Notes under the pieces: model-generated | The model's input: only the letters and a program-made list of their open reading frames with translations | What the model was told of the DNA's origin: nothing | Database searches by the model: none | Position numbers and translations under genes: made by a program | In this document: positions 11,491 to 23,900 of the stretch, piece by piece | Numbering within the stretch: position 1 is the stretch's first letter | Layout of the letters: each line of letters starts with the position of its first letter | Source: Methanotrichaceae archaeon | GTDB lineage: Archaea; Halobacteriota; Methanosarcinia; Methanotrichales; Methanotrichaceae | DNA: 64,000 bases | Direction of reading: 5' to 3' | Assembly (NCBI GenBank): GCA_963748825.1 | Contig: CAVVKN010000023.1 | Span: 64,001 to 128,000 of the forward strand

Positions 11491-12885
11491 ATGGCGCGCT
11501 TGGTAATGAAGTTTGGTGGTGTTTCCGTTGCTGACGGAAACAGATTGCGGCATGTGGGAGATCTGGTCTTACATTTTAACCGCGACAATGAGATAGTTTT
11601 GGTTACTTCCGCCCTGCAAGGCGTCACTGACGACCTTTTGGCCTGTGCCAGAAAAGCAGCAAAGGAGGGGAATGTCTCAGAAGTGATCGATTTTATGGAG
11701 AAGCTTACGGATAGACACAATCAGGCCATAACTGATGCCATAAAAGATCCTCAAATAGCCAAAGAGATCAGTGAGACGATATCTATTAAGCTGTCTGAGC
11801 TCGAGAAAGCCTACATCGGCATCTGCTACCTGGGTGAACTTACAGCACGCTCTTTGGATTATATATCCAGCTATGGCGAGCAACTGGCGGCACCCATTCT
11901 GGCAGGAGTCTTAAGAGACATGGGCATACCCTCCCAGCACTATACCGGCTCAGAGGCCGGAATCGTCACAGACAGCAACTATGGCGACAGCAGGCCCCTG
12001 GAGAAGACCTACAATTTGATTCCCCAAAGTCTCTTGCCGATTAAGGGTGTTCCCGTGGTCACTGGCTTCATTGCCAAGGACGAAAAGGGTACTATTACCA
12101 CCTTGGGGCGTGGTGGCTCGGATCTGTCCGCCTCGCTCATCGGGGCGGCCATTGATGCCGATGAGATCTGGTTCTGGAAGGAGACATATGGCATAATGAC
12201 CACCGATCCCAAGATCGTACCCGAGGCCAGGTCCATCCCCACCATCTCTTATCGGGAGGCTATGGAGCTGTCCAACTTCGGGGCCAAGGTCCTGCACCCC
12301 CGCTCCATTGAGCCTGCCATCCGAAAGGGCATCCCCGTGCGAGTCAAATGTACCTTCGATCCCGATATTCCCGGCACTCTGATAGTGCATGACGATGTAC
12401 CCAAAGCAGATGTGATAAAGGCAGTGACGCTGCACAAGAATGTGGCTCTGCTCAACATTTCCGGCGCAGGCATGATCGGAACGCTTGGCGTCGCAGCCCG
12501 CGCTTTTTCCGCCCTGGCCAAGGCGGGCATCAATATCGTTATGATCAGCCAGGGGTCCTCGGAGGCCAATATCTCCATGGTCATTGAGGAGCGGCAGGTG
12601 GAGAAGGCCGAGGACGCCCTGCGAGCAGAGTTTCCCAGAGATCTGGTCAAGGAGATCTCGCACGATCATGATGTGAGCGCAGTGGCGGTAGTGGGCGCAG
12701 GAATGGCAGGCACCCCAGGCGTTGCCGCGCACGTCTTCAAGGCCATGGGCGCGGCCAAGATAAATGTGGTCATGATCAGCCAGGCATCGGGTCAGCTTAA
12801 CATATCCTTCGTGGTCGCCTCCAAGGACGCCGAGCAGGCCGTAAAAGAACTGCACCGCGAGTTTTGCCTGGGAGGAGAAGCATGA
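11491..12885 (+). CDS. lysC: Aspartate kinase
   Basis: VMKFGGVSV, TLGRGGSD, GAKVLHP, two ACT domains. Confidence 0.96.
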   Translation: MARLVMKFGGVSVADGNRLRHVGDLVLHFNRDNEIVLVTSALQGVTDDLLACARKAAKEGNVSEVIDFMEKLTDRHNQAITDAIKDPQIAKEISETISIKLSELEKAYIGICYLGELTARSLDYISSYGEQLAAPILAGVLRDMGIPSQHYTGSEAGIVTDSNYGDSRPLEKTYNLIPQSLLPIKGVPVVTGFIAKDEKGTITTLGRGGSDLSASLIGAAIDADEIWFWKETYGIMTTDPKIVPEARSIPTISYREAMELSNFGAKVLHPRSIEPAIRKGIPVRVKCTFDPDIPGTLIVHDDVPKADVIKAVTLHKNVALLNISGAGMIGTLGVAARAFSALAKAGINIVMISQGSSEANISMVIEERQVEKAEDALRAEFPRDLVKEISHDHDVSAVAVVGAGMAGTPGVAAHVFKAMGAAKINVVMISQASGQLNISFVVASKDAEQAVKELHREFCLGGEA

Positions 12886-13877
12886 GGAGACTGACGTACG
12901 CGCAGGCGGGCGTGGATATCCACGCGGAGAACAGATCGATTGATGCCATGAAGGCCGTGCTGACGACAAAACGCAAGGGGTTCGGAGCGCCCATGACCGA
13001 AATCGGCCACTACGCCGGACTTCTAGATATGGGAAGCTTTGCCCTGGCCATGACCACGGATGGTGTGGGGTCCAAGGTCCTCATTGCCAATGCTATTTCC
13101 AAGTGGGATACGATAGGCATCGACTGTATCGCCATGAATGTTAATGACCTTTATGCCATCGGTGCCGAGCCTATCGCCTTTGTGGACTATCTGGCCGTGG
13201 AGAGGGTGGACCCGGAGAGGGCGGCGCAAATTGCCATCGGTCTGGCCCGCGGGGCCGAGATATCCAATATGACCATCGTGGGCGGGGAGACGGCTTCCTT
13301 GCCTGAGATCATTCGGGGCTTCGACCTGGCAGGCACAGCCATCGGAATCGTGGACAAGGACCGGGTTGTCACCGGCGAGAAGATCCAGACGGGTGACACG
13401 CTGGTGGGAGTGCCCGGCAGCGGCCTGCACAGCAATGGCTACACTTTAGCCCGGCGTATCATCGCCGAGTCCAAATACACATATTTCGACCGGATGCCAG
13501 ACGGGAAAAATACCATTGGAGAGGAGCTGCTCACACCCACCCGGATCTACCCCGAGATCGTGAAACTGGCGGCGGAGTGTGATGTGCATGGCCTCGCCCA
13601 CATCACCGGCTCGGGCCTTCTCAAGCTGCGCCGCATCTCGCAATTGGGCTTTGAGATCACCGATCCCCTGGAGCCACAACCCATCTTCCCATTCCTGCAG
13701 GAGCTGGGCAATGTGGATGAAAGCGAGATGTACCGCACATTTAACATGGGCATGGGCTTCGTGGTAGTAGTTGCCGAGGACGAGGCCCAAAAGGCCTGCC
13801 GCATCATGGGGCCAGGCTCAAAGGTAATCGGATCGATTGTAAAAGAGGGAATAAAAGCAGGCCGCATGACCTTCTAG
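12882..13877 (+). CDS. purM: Phosphoribosylformylglycinamidine cyclo-ligase
   Basis: TYAQAGVDI, TDGVGSK, GGETA, SGLHSNGY, AHITG, TFNMGMG; ATGA overlap with lysC. Confidence 0.97.
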   Translation: MRRLTYAQAGVDIHAENRSIDAMKAVLTTKRKGFGAPMTEIGHYAGLLDMGSFALAMTTDGVGSKVLIANAISKWDTIGIDCIAMNVNDLYAIGAEPIAFVDYLAVERVDPERAAQIAIGLARGAEISNMTIVGGETASLPEIIRGFDLAGTAIGIVDKDRVVTGEKIQTGDTLVGVPGSGLHSNGYTLARRIIAESKYTYFDRMPDGKNTIGEELLTPTRIYPEIVKLAAECDVHGLAHITGSGLLKLRRISQLGFEITDPLEPQPIFPFLQELGNVDESEMYRTFNMGMGFVVVVAEDEAQKACRIMGPGSKVIGSIVKEGIKAGRMTF

Positions 13878-13883
13878 GCCTGC

Positions 13884-14648
13884 TTACAACTTTTTTTCGC
13901 CGAACATCTCTTCTAATTTAGTCTTTATCTTTCGGATGGACTCTATCGCCGGGCAGTTTACATCGATGGGCGGCTTTCCAGCCAGGTCGGCCTCCACCAG
14001 GCATTTGTCGAAGGGAATGGTCCCCAGGACCGGTATGCCCATTTGCGCCAGCTTCTCGGCCACGGGCCCTGGATCGTCTGCCTTGTTTATGACGGCAAAG
14101 TACCTGGTGATGCCGATCTCCTTGCCCAGATGCATTATCCTCTCCACGGTCTCAATGGATCTCATACCCGGCTCTACCACGGCGATCATGGCGTCAACGC
14201 CGCGAGCAGTGGCTCTGCCTAAGTGCTCTATGCCCGCTTCCATGTCCATGATCACCAGATCCTTTTCCCGAACGATGACGTGTCTGATGAGGGCTTTGAC
14301 GAAGGCATTGGCGGGACACATGCAGCCCGAGCCGCCGGAATCGATGGTGCCCATGACCACCAGCTTGACATTGTCTGGCCCAGTGCAGCCACACATGGCC
14401 ACCACGTCGTCGACCTTGGGATTCATCTTGAACATGCCGCCGGGCATGCCCGCCCGCTCCTGAACTAAGTCTTTGTGCTCGGTGACGGGCTTTGGCAGAG
14501 TCGATATTCCCAAAGCTGAGCCCAGATTCATGCTGGGATCGGCATCGATGGCCAGAACATTGTAGCCGTCGCGGGCAAAGAGCCTGGCCAGGGTGCCGGC
14601 CAGGGTGGTCTTGCCCACGCCGCCTTTTCCTGAGATTGCAATCTTCAT
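13884..14648 (-). CDS. cooC: CooC/AcsF-type nickel-insertion ATPase for CO dehydrogenase/acetyl-CoA synthase
   Basis: MKIAISGKGGVGKTT, DADP, GSGCMCP (CxC Ni site), DMEAGIEHLGR. Confidence 0.92.
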   Translation of the reverse strand: MKIAISGKGGVGKTTLAGTLARLFARDGYNVLAIDADPSMNLGSALGISTLPKPVTEHKDLVQERAGMPGGMFKMNPKVDDVVAMCGCTGPDNVKLVVMGTIDSGGSGCMCPANAFVKALIRHVIVREKDLVIMDMEAGIEHLGRATARGVDAMIAVVEPGMRSIETVERIMHLGKEIGITRYFAVINKADDPGPVAEKLAQMGIPVLGTIPFDKCLVEADLAGKPPIDVNCPAIESIRKIKTKLEEMFGEKKL

Positions 14649-14783
14649 TTTTATGAACCTCGTGAGAGTGAATAAGTCCATTTCTGAAATGATCTTTTCG
14701 GATTTAACTTTTGATTCCAATTTATCCTATCTGACATGTATGTTTATATCGATTCTGCATTATAACATTACTGGGACGCTGGG

Positions 14784-16814
14784 ATGATCGAGAGCATCAG
14801 AAAACGCGATGGCAGGATAGTCAAATTTGACCAGGAGAAGATTGCCGCAGCCATTGCCAAGGCCTTTGTTGCAGTTGGCCGGGAGAAGGACAGAGAGCCC
14901 GCCTCTCTAGCCAGGAAAGTAGTGGAAGAGACGGAGCTGAGATTCTCAGACATAATTGCCGGTGTGGAAGACATTCAGGATGCTGTGGAGAGGGGGCTCA
15001 TACAGGCCGGCTACAGTGACGTTGCCAAAGCCTACATCCTCTACCGCCAGAAGAGATCAGAGATCCGGGAAGCGAAGCAATATCTTGGAGTGGCCGACGA
15101 CCTCAAGCTATCCATCAATGCCATTGAAGTTCTTAAGATGAGATATCTGCGTCGCGATGAGAGCGGCCTGGTGGCAGAGACGCCGGGGGAGATGTTTGCC
15201 CGCGTGGCCTCTCACGTCTCGCAGGCCGAGATCAAGTATGGCGGCGACGCAAAATGCTGTCGCACCGAATTTCTAAAGATGATGCATAGCCTGGAATTTC
15301 TGCCCAACTCCCCCACGCTCATGAATGCGGGCCTGCCGCTTGGCCAGCTATCTGCCTGCTTCGTCCTGCCCGTGGAGGACTCGCTGCCGGGCATCTTCGA
15401 GGCTCTCAAGAACATGGCCCTCATCCACCAGAGCGGGGGGGGCACAGGCTTCTCCTTCTCCCGGCTGCGCCCCAAGAACGATGTGGTGCGCGCTACGGGC
15501 GGAGTGGCCAGCGGCCCGGTATCTTTCATGCGCATCTTCGATGCAGCCACTGATGTTATCAAACAGGGAGGCCGGCGCAGGGGCGCGAACATGGGCACCC
15601 TTCGGGTCGATCATCCCGATATTCTGGAGTTCATCGAAGCCAAGGAAAAGCCGGGGTTTTTGGAGAACTTTAACATCTCAGTAGCGGCAACTGCTGATTT
15701 CATGCGCGCGGCGCGGCAGGGCGGCGAGATCGAGCTGATCAATCCGCGCAGCTGCCAGGCAACGGGCCGCATCAATGCCCAGGAGACCATGAGCCTCATC
15801 GCCAACTCTGCCTGGCGGGGTGGAGATCCTGGCATGATCTTCATCGACAGGATCAATGCCGCGAACCCCCTGCCCGGCACAATTGAGACCACCAATCCCT
15901 GCGGCGAGCAGCCGCTCCTGCCTTTCGAGTCCTGCAACCTGGGATCCATCAACCTCTCGAAGCTGGTAGAGAAGGGTGAGATGAACTGGGCGCGGCTGGG
16001 GGAGCTGGTCTCTCTCTCCGTGCGCTTTTTGGACGATGTCATCGATGTCAACCGTTTTCCCCTGAAGCAGATTGAAGAGGCGACATTGCAGTCGCGAAAG
16101 ATCGGCCTGGGGGTGATGGGCTTTGCCGAGATGCTGATTCTGATGAATATCTCCTACAACTCCCTGCAAGCCGTGCACGTAGCGGAAGATGTTATGAAAA
16201 ACATCACCCAGGCGGCGCGCGAGGCATCAGCGCAGTTGGGCGAAGAGCGCGGCTCTTTTCCGCTCTTCGAACAGTCCCAACTCAAGAATTGGAACGCTAT
16301 GAGAAACGCAACTGTGACCACGATTGCGCCCACGGGCACCATCAGTATCATCGCGGGAACGAGCAGCGGCATCGAGCCGCTCTTCGCTCTGGCATTTGTG
16401 CGCCGCGTTCTGGAGGGCGCGCGCCTTTTGGAGGTCTCGCCCCTCTTTGAGGGCGCAGCCGCAGCACGCGGCATTTACACCCCGGACCTTAAAGCTGAGC
16501 TGGCCAGGAAGGGCTCGGCAGCGGATATAGCGGGTGTGCCCCTGGATCTGAAGGACTTATTTGTCACGGCTCTGAACATCCCGCCTGAGCAGCACGTTCG
16601 TATTCAGGCCGCCTTTCAGAAGCACACGGACAACGCCGTCTCCAAGACCGTCAATCTACCTGCTGACGCGACCGTAAGCGACGTTTTAAAAGTATACAAT
16701 CTGGCTTACGATCTGGGCTGCAAGGGCGTGACCGTCTTTCGCTACGGCAGCAAAAGCCAGGTGCTGTATCTGGGCAATGGGGAGACGGTACCGGGGTGCA
16801 AGTACTGCGGGTGA
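14784..16814 (+). CDS. nrdJ: Class II adenosylcobalamin-dependent ribonucleotide reductase with N-terminal ATP cone
   Basis: ATP cone IRKRDGRIVKFD; PNSPTLMNAG, QLSACFV, TNPCGEQ, TIAPTGT; C-terminal CKYC pair. Confidence 0.95.
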   Translation: MIESIRKRDGRIVKFDQEKIAAAIAKAFVAVGREKDREPASLARKVVEETELRFSDIIAGVEDIQDAVERGLIQAGYSDVAKAYILYRQKRSEIREAKQYLGVADDLKLSINAIEVLKMRYLRRDESGLVAETPGEMFARVASHVSQAEIKYGGDAKCCRTEFLKMMHSLEFLPNSPTLMNAGLPLGQLSACFVLPVEDSLPGIFEALKNMALIHQSGGGTGFSFSRLRPKNDVVRATGGVASGPVSFMRIFDAATDVIKQGGRRRGANMGTLRVDHPDILEFIEAKEKPGFLENFNISVAATADFMRAARQGGEIELINPRSCQATGRINAQETMSLIANSAWRGGDPGMIFIDRINAANPLPGTIETTNPCGEQPLLPFESCNLGSINLSKLVEKGEMNWARLGELVSLSVRFLDDVIDVNRFPLKQIEEATLQSRKIGLGVMGFAEMLILMNISYNSLQAVHVAEDVMKNITQAAREASAQLGEERGSFPLFEQSQLKNWNAMRNATVTTIAPTGTISIIAGTSSGIEPLFALAFVRRVLEGARLLEVSPLFEGAAAARGIYTPDLKAELARKGSAADIAGVPLDLKDLFVTALNIPPEQHVRIQAAFQKHTDNAVSKTVNLPADATVSDVLKVYNLAYDLGCKGVTVFRYGSKSQVLYLGNGETVPGCKYCG

Positions 16815-17210
16815 TGTTTTTGAGAAGCAAAAAATCCTACAGGAATTGCCGGATCTTGTCTGGCGACAAAGGACTCATCCGACAAATTAATCTGCAAAGA
16901 ATTGCCATATTCTCTGTTGTCCTGTTCATCCACATTGTTGGATGGAAAGGAGGAGATGGCCCGAGGCGGCAAAAGGTAAAGGAAGGGAGATTGTAACGAA
17001 AAGCCGCCCCAGGCCACAAGCCATCAGCAAACCAATTACCCCTTATTAACTGTGTCGGTTGAAGCTACCTTAGCGGTAGCTGGTTTTGCCTTGCGAGGAG
17101 ACCGATAAGCCTAGGAACTTTTCTAATAATTCTAACAATTTGAAAATAAATATATACCAGGTACAGGCATATTCATAAACCATACCGCCCAAGGCCATGA
17201 TACCAGAGGA

Positions 17211-18146
17211 TTGCAGCAGATCAATATGTGCCAGATAATAGAAGACGACGTATGCATAACATCGATGCCCCGCATCGGCCCAAGGTTTCCCGCATCACAG
17301 AAGGTAACCCTAACATCAAACTATTCCAATCAAGAATTTGATTCATTGATCATCCGGGGCGATGCATTAGAAAACCTCAGGAAATTTAAAGAAAATTACT
17401 TTAGATGTTGCGTTACAAGTCCTCCTTATTGGGGTCTCAGAGACTACGGAGAGCCTCATCAAATCGGTGCGGAACCCGAGATGCAGGATTATATAGAAAA
17501 TTTAGTGCTGGTATTCAGAGAGGTAAAGCGGACTCTTACTGAAGACGGTACTCTGTGGCTCAATATTGGTGATTCATACACCAGCGGCAACCGCGCCTGG
17601 CGTGACGCAGACAGGAAGAATCCCGCCCGAGCCATGAGCTATCGGCCTCCGACCCCCCAGGGATTGAAACCCAAAGATCTGATAGGCATCCCTTGGAGAC
17701 TGGCTTTTGCCCTGCAATCAGATGGATGGTATTTGCGCTCGGATATCATCTGGCATAAGCCGAACTGCCAACCGGAATCCGTCAAAGACCGGCCCACGCG
17801 CTGCCATGAGTATATGTTTCTCCTCTCCAAATCGGAGAAATACAATTATGTTTACGATGAGCTTGTTGAACCTTCCAAGTCCAAGAACGGCTTTCGCAAT
17901 CGTCGCACCGTTTGGTCCATAAATACTGAACCCTACCATTATGCGCACTTTGCATCATTTCCCAAGGAACTGGTAAGGCCATGTATCCTGGCAAGTGCAA
18001 ATGAAAATGACATTGTGCTGGATCCATTTTTCGGTTCAGGCACTGTAGGGGTTGTATGTCTTGAGCTAAATCGAAGATTTGTTGGAATTGAATTAAAACA
18101 GGAATATGTTGAAATAGCACGCAAACGAATAGTGGAAGGCAATTAA
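17211..18146 (+). CDS. N4-cytosine DNA methyltransferase (beta class) of a type II R-M system
   Basis: Motif IV TSPPYWGLRDY precedes motif I DPFFGSGT; exact start uncertain. Confidence 0.92.
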   Translation: MQQINMCQIIEDDVCITSMPRIGPRFPASQKVTLTSNYSNQEFDSLIIRGDALENLRKFKENYFRCCVTSPPYWGLRDYGEPHQIGAEPEMQDYIENLVLVFREVKRTLTEDGTLWLNIGDSYTSGNRAWRDADRKNPARAMSYRPPTPQGLKPKDLIGIPWRLAFALQSDGWYLRSDIIWHKPNCQPESVKDRPTRCHEYMFLLSKSEKYNYVYDELVEPSKSKNGFRNRRTVWSINTEPYHYAHFASFPKELVRPCILASANENDIVLDPFFGSGTVGVVCLELNRRFVGIELKQEYVEIARKRIVEGN

Positions 18147-18149
18147 TAC

Positions 18150-19626
<1,477 letters not shown>

Positions 19627-19663
19627 ATATGATAATTATGATAATTGCCAAAGTGAAATAGAA

Positions 19664-20025
19664 ATGAAGCTGAAGGTTACTTTAGTATTGCTGCTAGTGC
19701 TGTTATTGTAAAGGTAGCGGCTATAGATGCCAAGTCGAGCAGTAGAAGCAGAAGCGGAGGAAAATCAAGCGGCTCCTGCAGCGAGAGCGTCTCATCATCA
19801 GGACCACACTCCCTTATAGGCGATGCGGCCAAGGTGACTGGAATCGCAAGCGTGCTCGCAATTGTCAAGATCAACAAGAAGAAGAAGAAGACTCATCTCG
19901 ATGACGATCTTTTCGAAAACGAGACAGAGAACGAGACGGCACAGCAATCACCTGGCATAGGAGCGCTGCCCGCATTTCTTGCTATGGGCATGCTCCTGCT
20001 GGCCTGGCGAAAGAGAATAGTGTGA
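19664..20025 (+). pseudogene. Frameshifted small secreted protein with PGF-CTERM-like sorting signal
   Basis: Signal peptide MKLKVTLVLLLVLLL stops at TAA 19709-19711; a Ser-rich body continues in another frame to SPGIGALPAFLAMGMLLLAWRKR. Confidence 0.55.
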
Positions 20026-20076
20026 TGCCTTCTCCTGATTCGCACTTTCAGATTTAAAATTGAAAAAATATGTGCT

Positions 20077-21078
20077 TCAGGCCGTCACGACGGCCTGAGC
20101 GGTACTATTTTCCTGCATTGTTTCATTGAGATTGAGCATCGTCTCTTTCAGCTGTGTTCCGTTTACCATCGTCTCATTTCCGACCGGGACAACGGGAACT
20201 GCTTGTGGGGAGACCATTAGACCCATGGGGAAAGGCTGAGCCTTCTTGGCCTCGGCAGGGAGCTTGATATTTACGCTCTCATTGAAGCCCTCAAAGATCA
20301 TGGAGACCTCAGCATTTATTGTCATTTCCTGGTCATCGGATTCGTTGGCATTAAGGCCTAAAGACTGGGGGGTCACGGTGAATATCTCCAATACATCCGT
20401 CTTCTTGAGAAGATGAGTATCTTTGGTGATCCAGTAGTAGACGTCCAATCTCATATTGCGGAAGAGTTCGGTATAGTTCATGCTCGGCATAGGCACAATA
20501 GATGTCACCTCTCCGGAGAGCTGATCGGCCATCGTGCTCATATCTATCTCCGCCCGGACCTTGTAGCAGTCCACTCCCTCCACCACTTCCGAGCCAATCA
20601 GGGAGAGGCGAGACTGATTGAACATTTTTAGCTGCTGGTCCATTGTGTTCTGCTGGGACCAGGCATCAGCCATGCCGGGCATCTCCATCGCAGTCCAGTT
20701 TCCATCCACCTTGAGGTAGAGGGTGTCGTTGATAAGATACTCCTCCAAGGCCATGGCACTGGAGTTGTCCTCATCGCCCTTTGTATAGGTGAGGGCGGCC
20801 ATGGAAAGCTTTAGAGCACGATCGGTCATATTGGCCATTCCATAGCCGAAAGAGCGCGTGTTGAGCTTCTGGGTGTCGCCCGAGGATAGGTTGACCAGAT
20901 CCATCTTCTGTTCCATCTCCATGGAAAAGCGATAGGACTCCAGCTTGGCAGAGGAGTCGACCACCAGAGACTGCAAAGCTGATGCCATCAGTTCATCGAA
21001 AGATATATTGTTCGTCTGGCCGAGCGCTCCCGAGCTGCATAGCAAAATAGCCATGAATAATAGTATAAGCGATCTCAT
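20077..21078 (-). CDS. Secreted LolA/LppX-like fold protein
   Basis: Signal peptide; GSEVVEGVDCYKV, YYWITKDTHLLKK and FNESVNIKLPAEA patterns typical of this fold. Confidence 0.6.
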   Translation of the reverse strand: MRSLILLFMAILLCSSGALGQTNNISFDELMASALQSLVVDSSAKLESYRFSMEMEQKMDLVNLSSGDTQKLNTRSFGYGMANMTDRALKLSMAALTYTKGDEDNSSAMALEEYLINDTLYLKVDGNWTAMEMPGMADAWSQQNTMDQQLKMFNQSRLSLIGSEVVEGVDCYKVRAEIDMSTMADQLSGEVTSIVPMPSMNYTELFRNMRLDVYYWITKDTHLLKKTDVLEIFTVTPQSLGLNANESDDQEMTINAEVSMIFEGFNESVNIKLPAEAKKAQPFPMGLMVSPQAVPVVPVGNETMVNGTQLKETMLNLNETMQENSTAQAVVTA

Positions 21079-21218
21079 AGAAGGCAGGTAAGAATGGCAA
21101 AGGGTAAATCTTTTTTGCTCTGTGGGAGAGTGCCGCCAATAAATACCGATGCCATGGCATCCATGACCGGACTGGCTATCCCAGCTCGATCTGATGCAAA
21201 GCAGATGTGGCGATAACG

Positions 21219-21273
21219 TTTAAATACAACAAATGATGTACTTTTTCATACATCATAGTATTAATTAGTACAT
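21219..21273 (+). promoter_or_regulatory. trpBA promoter with four phased TRP-box-like sites
   Basis: TATA TTTAAATA 21219-26; TGTACT 21237, CATACA 21247, AGTATT 21257 and AGTACA 21267, each separated by 4 bp. Confidence 0.6.
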
Positions 21274-22497
21274 TTGAAACATATACAAGCCGGTGATCCT
21301 TTGCATGGTCTGATATCCGAAAAAGCCGCAGTCAAGTTCGGCAAGTACGGCGGCCTCTTTGTGCCCGAAACGCTGGTGCAACCTCTGGTGGAGCTGGCCG
21401 AAGCATACCAACGTCTAATGAAGAGCGATGAATTCAAAGAGGAGCTAAACCTGGCTTTGAAAACCTTTGCAGGAAGGCCGACTCCCCTCTACTATGCCAG
21501 GAACCTCAGCAGGGAGCTGGGCCGCAAGGTCTACCTGAAGAGAGAGGACCTGGTGCACGGCGGAGCGCATAAGCTCAACAATACCCTCGGCCAGGCGCTG
21601 GTGGCCAAGAAGATGGGCAAGACCCGGCTCATCGCCGAGACGGGAGCCGGCCAGCACGGCGTGGCCACGGCCATTGTGGGTGCCAATCTGGGATTTGAGA
21701 CCCAGGTCTATATGGGCGAGGTGGACATCGAGCGGCAGAAGATGAATGTCTACCGCATGCAGCTTATGGGAGCGGAGGTCATACCCGTGCGCTCCGGCTC
21801 TCGAACCTTGAAGGACGCCATCAACGAGGCCATGCGAGACTGGGCTTCCAGTTTCGATCACACCCATTATCTCCTGGGCACGGCGGCGGGCGCCCACCCC
21901 TTTCCCAGCATGGTGCGCGACTTTCAGAGCGTCATAGGCCATGAGGCCCGCCAGCAGATCCAGCAAGCTGAGGGCCGTCTGCCCGACAGCATCACGGCCT
22001 GCGTGGGCGGAGGCAGCAATGCCATGGGCATCTTCGCCCCATTCCTGCATGACGAAGACGTGCGCCTCCTGGCTGTGGAAGCGGGCGGGCGAGGCCTTGG
22101 CAGGACTGATAGAATTGCGGACCATGGTGCCAGTCTCGGTTTCGGCACAGACGGTGTTTTGCACGGCGCTCTTACCAAGATCCTGCAGGATCCCTACGGC
22201 CAGATTCTGGAATCCTATTCCGTAGCAGCAGGCCTGGACTATCCAGGCGTGGGCCCGGAGCTGGCCTTTCTGGCGGAGAAGGGGCGCGTGCTGACCAAGA
22301 TCGCTGATGATAAGACGGCCATGCGAGGATTTCACGCCCTCTCCAAGCTGGAAGGCATCATCCCGGCTCTGGAGTCGGCACACGCAGTGGGCTATGCTCT
22401 GCAGGAGCCGCAGGCCCTGGGAGATCTGGCCATCATCAACATCTCCGGTCGGGGCGACAAGGATCTGGCAACGGTGATGGACTATGAAAATCTCTGA
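21274..22497 (+). CDS. trpB: Tryptophan synthase beta chain
   Basis: [53 protein letters not shown]; start may be TTG 21301. Confidence 0.97.
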   Translation: MKHIQAGDPLHGLISEKAAVKFGKYGGLFVPETLVQPLVELAEAYQRLMKSDEFKEELNLALKTFAGRPTPLYYARNLSRELGRKVYLKREDLVHGGAHKLNNTLGQALVAKKMGKTRLIAETGAGQHGVATAIVGANLGFETQVYMGEVDIERQKMNVYRMQLMGAEVIPVRSGSRTLKDAINEAMRDWASSFDHTHYLLGTAAGAHPFPSMVRDFQSVIGHEARQQIQQAEGRLPDSITACVGGGSNAMGIFAPFLHDEDVRLLAVEAGGRGLGRTDRIADHGASLGFGTDGVLHGALTKILQDPYGQILESYSVAAGLDYPGVGPELAFLAEKGRVLTKIADDKTAMRGFHALSKLEGIIPALESAHAVGYALQEPQALGDLAIINISGRGDKDLATVMDYENL

Positions 22498-23269
22498 AGC
22501 ATTTAGGGCAGCGCCCCTGCTCATTGTTTACATCTGCGCCGGAGACCCGACGCCGGCGGCAACGCCTGACCTGGTGCGGCGACTGGCGGCAGCCGGGGCG
22601 GATATCATTGAGCTGGGCCTGCCACACTCCGATCCTATCGCGGACGGCCCGACCATCCAGGCGGCAGCGCAAAGGGCCATCGCCGCCGGGATGAACACGG
22701 ATGTCTATTTCCAGGTGGCAGCGCAGGCGGACGTCGCCATCCCCAAGGTCTTCATGGGCTACTACAACATGATCTATGCCCGCGGCCTGGACCGGTTTGC
22801 CGAGGACTGTGCCCGCTGTGGCATCACGGGCATGATTGTGCCAGATCTACCACCGGAAGAGGCAGGACCTCTCCAGGAGGCCTGCACCCATTACGACGTG
22901 GACCTGATCTTCCTGGCCGCGCCCAATACCCCTCCAGAACGGCTGAAGATGATCGAAAAGGAGACATCAGGCTTCCTTTACCTGGTGGCTCGAACGGGCG
23001 TGACGGGTGCAAAAAGCGATATCTTGCAGGGCACACGCGACCTCATAGCACGCGTGCCGGGGGACAAGCCCAGAGCAGTAGGCTTTGGCATCTCCACCCC
23101 CGCCCAGGCGGCGGAGGTGATCGCCTCCGGAGCAGACGCGGCCATTGTGGGCTCGGTCTGCGTGGACCTGATCGCCCGCGGAGAGATAGAGCGGCTGGAG
23201 AGTCTGATCCGCGATATGAAGTCGGCGGTAAAGGCTGCAAGAAAGAGCAAAGCTCCAATAGTTGGCTGA
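22484..23269 (+). CDS. trpA: Tryptophan synthase alpha chain
   Basis: [35 protein letters not shown]. Confidence 0.97.
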   Translation: MKISEAFRAAPLLIVYICAGDPTPAATPDLVRRLAAAGADIIELGLPHSDPIADGPTIQAAAQRAIAAGMNTDVYFQVAAQADVAIPKVFMGYYNMIYARGLDRFAEDCARCGITGMIVPDLPPEEAGPLQEACTHYDVDLIFLAAPNTPPERLKMIEKETSGFLYLVARTGVTGAKSDILQGTRDLIARVPGDKPRAVGFGISTPAQAAEVIASGADAAIVGSVCVDLIARGEIERLESLIRDMKSAVKAARKSKAPIVG

Positions 23270-23900
23270 TAGATTATCATCCATGGACGAAGGGCAGAAG
23301 AGGTTTGTGGAAAAGACGAGGAGAGACCTGGAAAGCGGCTGCAATGTTACCATTGTGACCTTTGGCGACTCCATCACCGCCGGATTTGCCGTGCGGCGCG
23401 GCTTTCCCTCCTTTTGGAAAGCATTGCTGGCAGAAAAGTATCCCGACGCGAGAGTGGAAATGATCAACTCCGGCATCTCCGGAGACACAAGCATGGACGG
23501 CCTGGCCCGGCTGGACTGGGCGGCCCTCTCCTACGAACCGGACCTGGTCACCATAAACTTCGGCATCAACGACTGCGTGCTTGGCCTTGGTTTGGAGGAG
23601 TTCGAGATGAACTTCGTGGAGATGGTGCGACGCATCCGGGCCGGTCCTAATTCCGAGATACTGCTGCTCTCCTCCCAGCCCCTGGAGACGCCGCCTTATG
23701 ACAGACTGGTTTTAGATTACTATCAGGCCGTGGAAAGGGTGGCTAAAGAGATGGATGTTGGATTTGTGGATGTCTACGGGGCCTGGATGCAACGCGTTCA
23801 CGCTGGCACGCCTCTACGCAGCCTGATCCAGGCAGGGCTTGACCACCCCAATGAGGCAGGATACAGGATCATAGCCGAAGAGCTGATGAGGCTATTCTAA
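23262..23900 (+). CDS. SGNH/GDSL-family hydrolase
   Basis: FGDSIT, NSGISG, FGIND, DHPN. Confidence 0.9.
   Translation: MADRLSSMDEGQKRFVEKTRRDLESGCNVTIVTFGDSITAGFAVRRGFPSFWKALLAEKYPDARVEMINSGISGDTSMDGLARLDWAALSYEPDLVTINFGINDCVLGLGLEEFEMNFVEMVRRIRAGPNSEILLLSSQPLETPPYDRLVLDYYQAVERVAKEMDVGFVDVYGAWMQRVHAGTPLRSLIQAGLDHPNEAGYRIIAEELMRLF

Noticed and set aside
14784-16814. Intein in nrdJ
   Set aside because: Length and motif spacing are normal, with no intein terminal motifs
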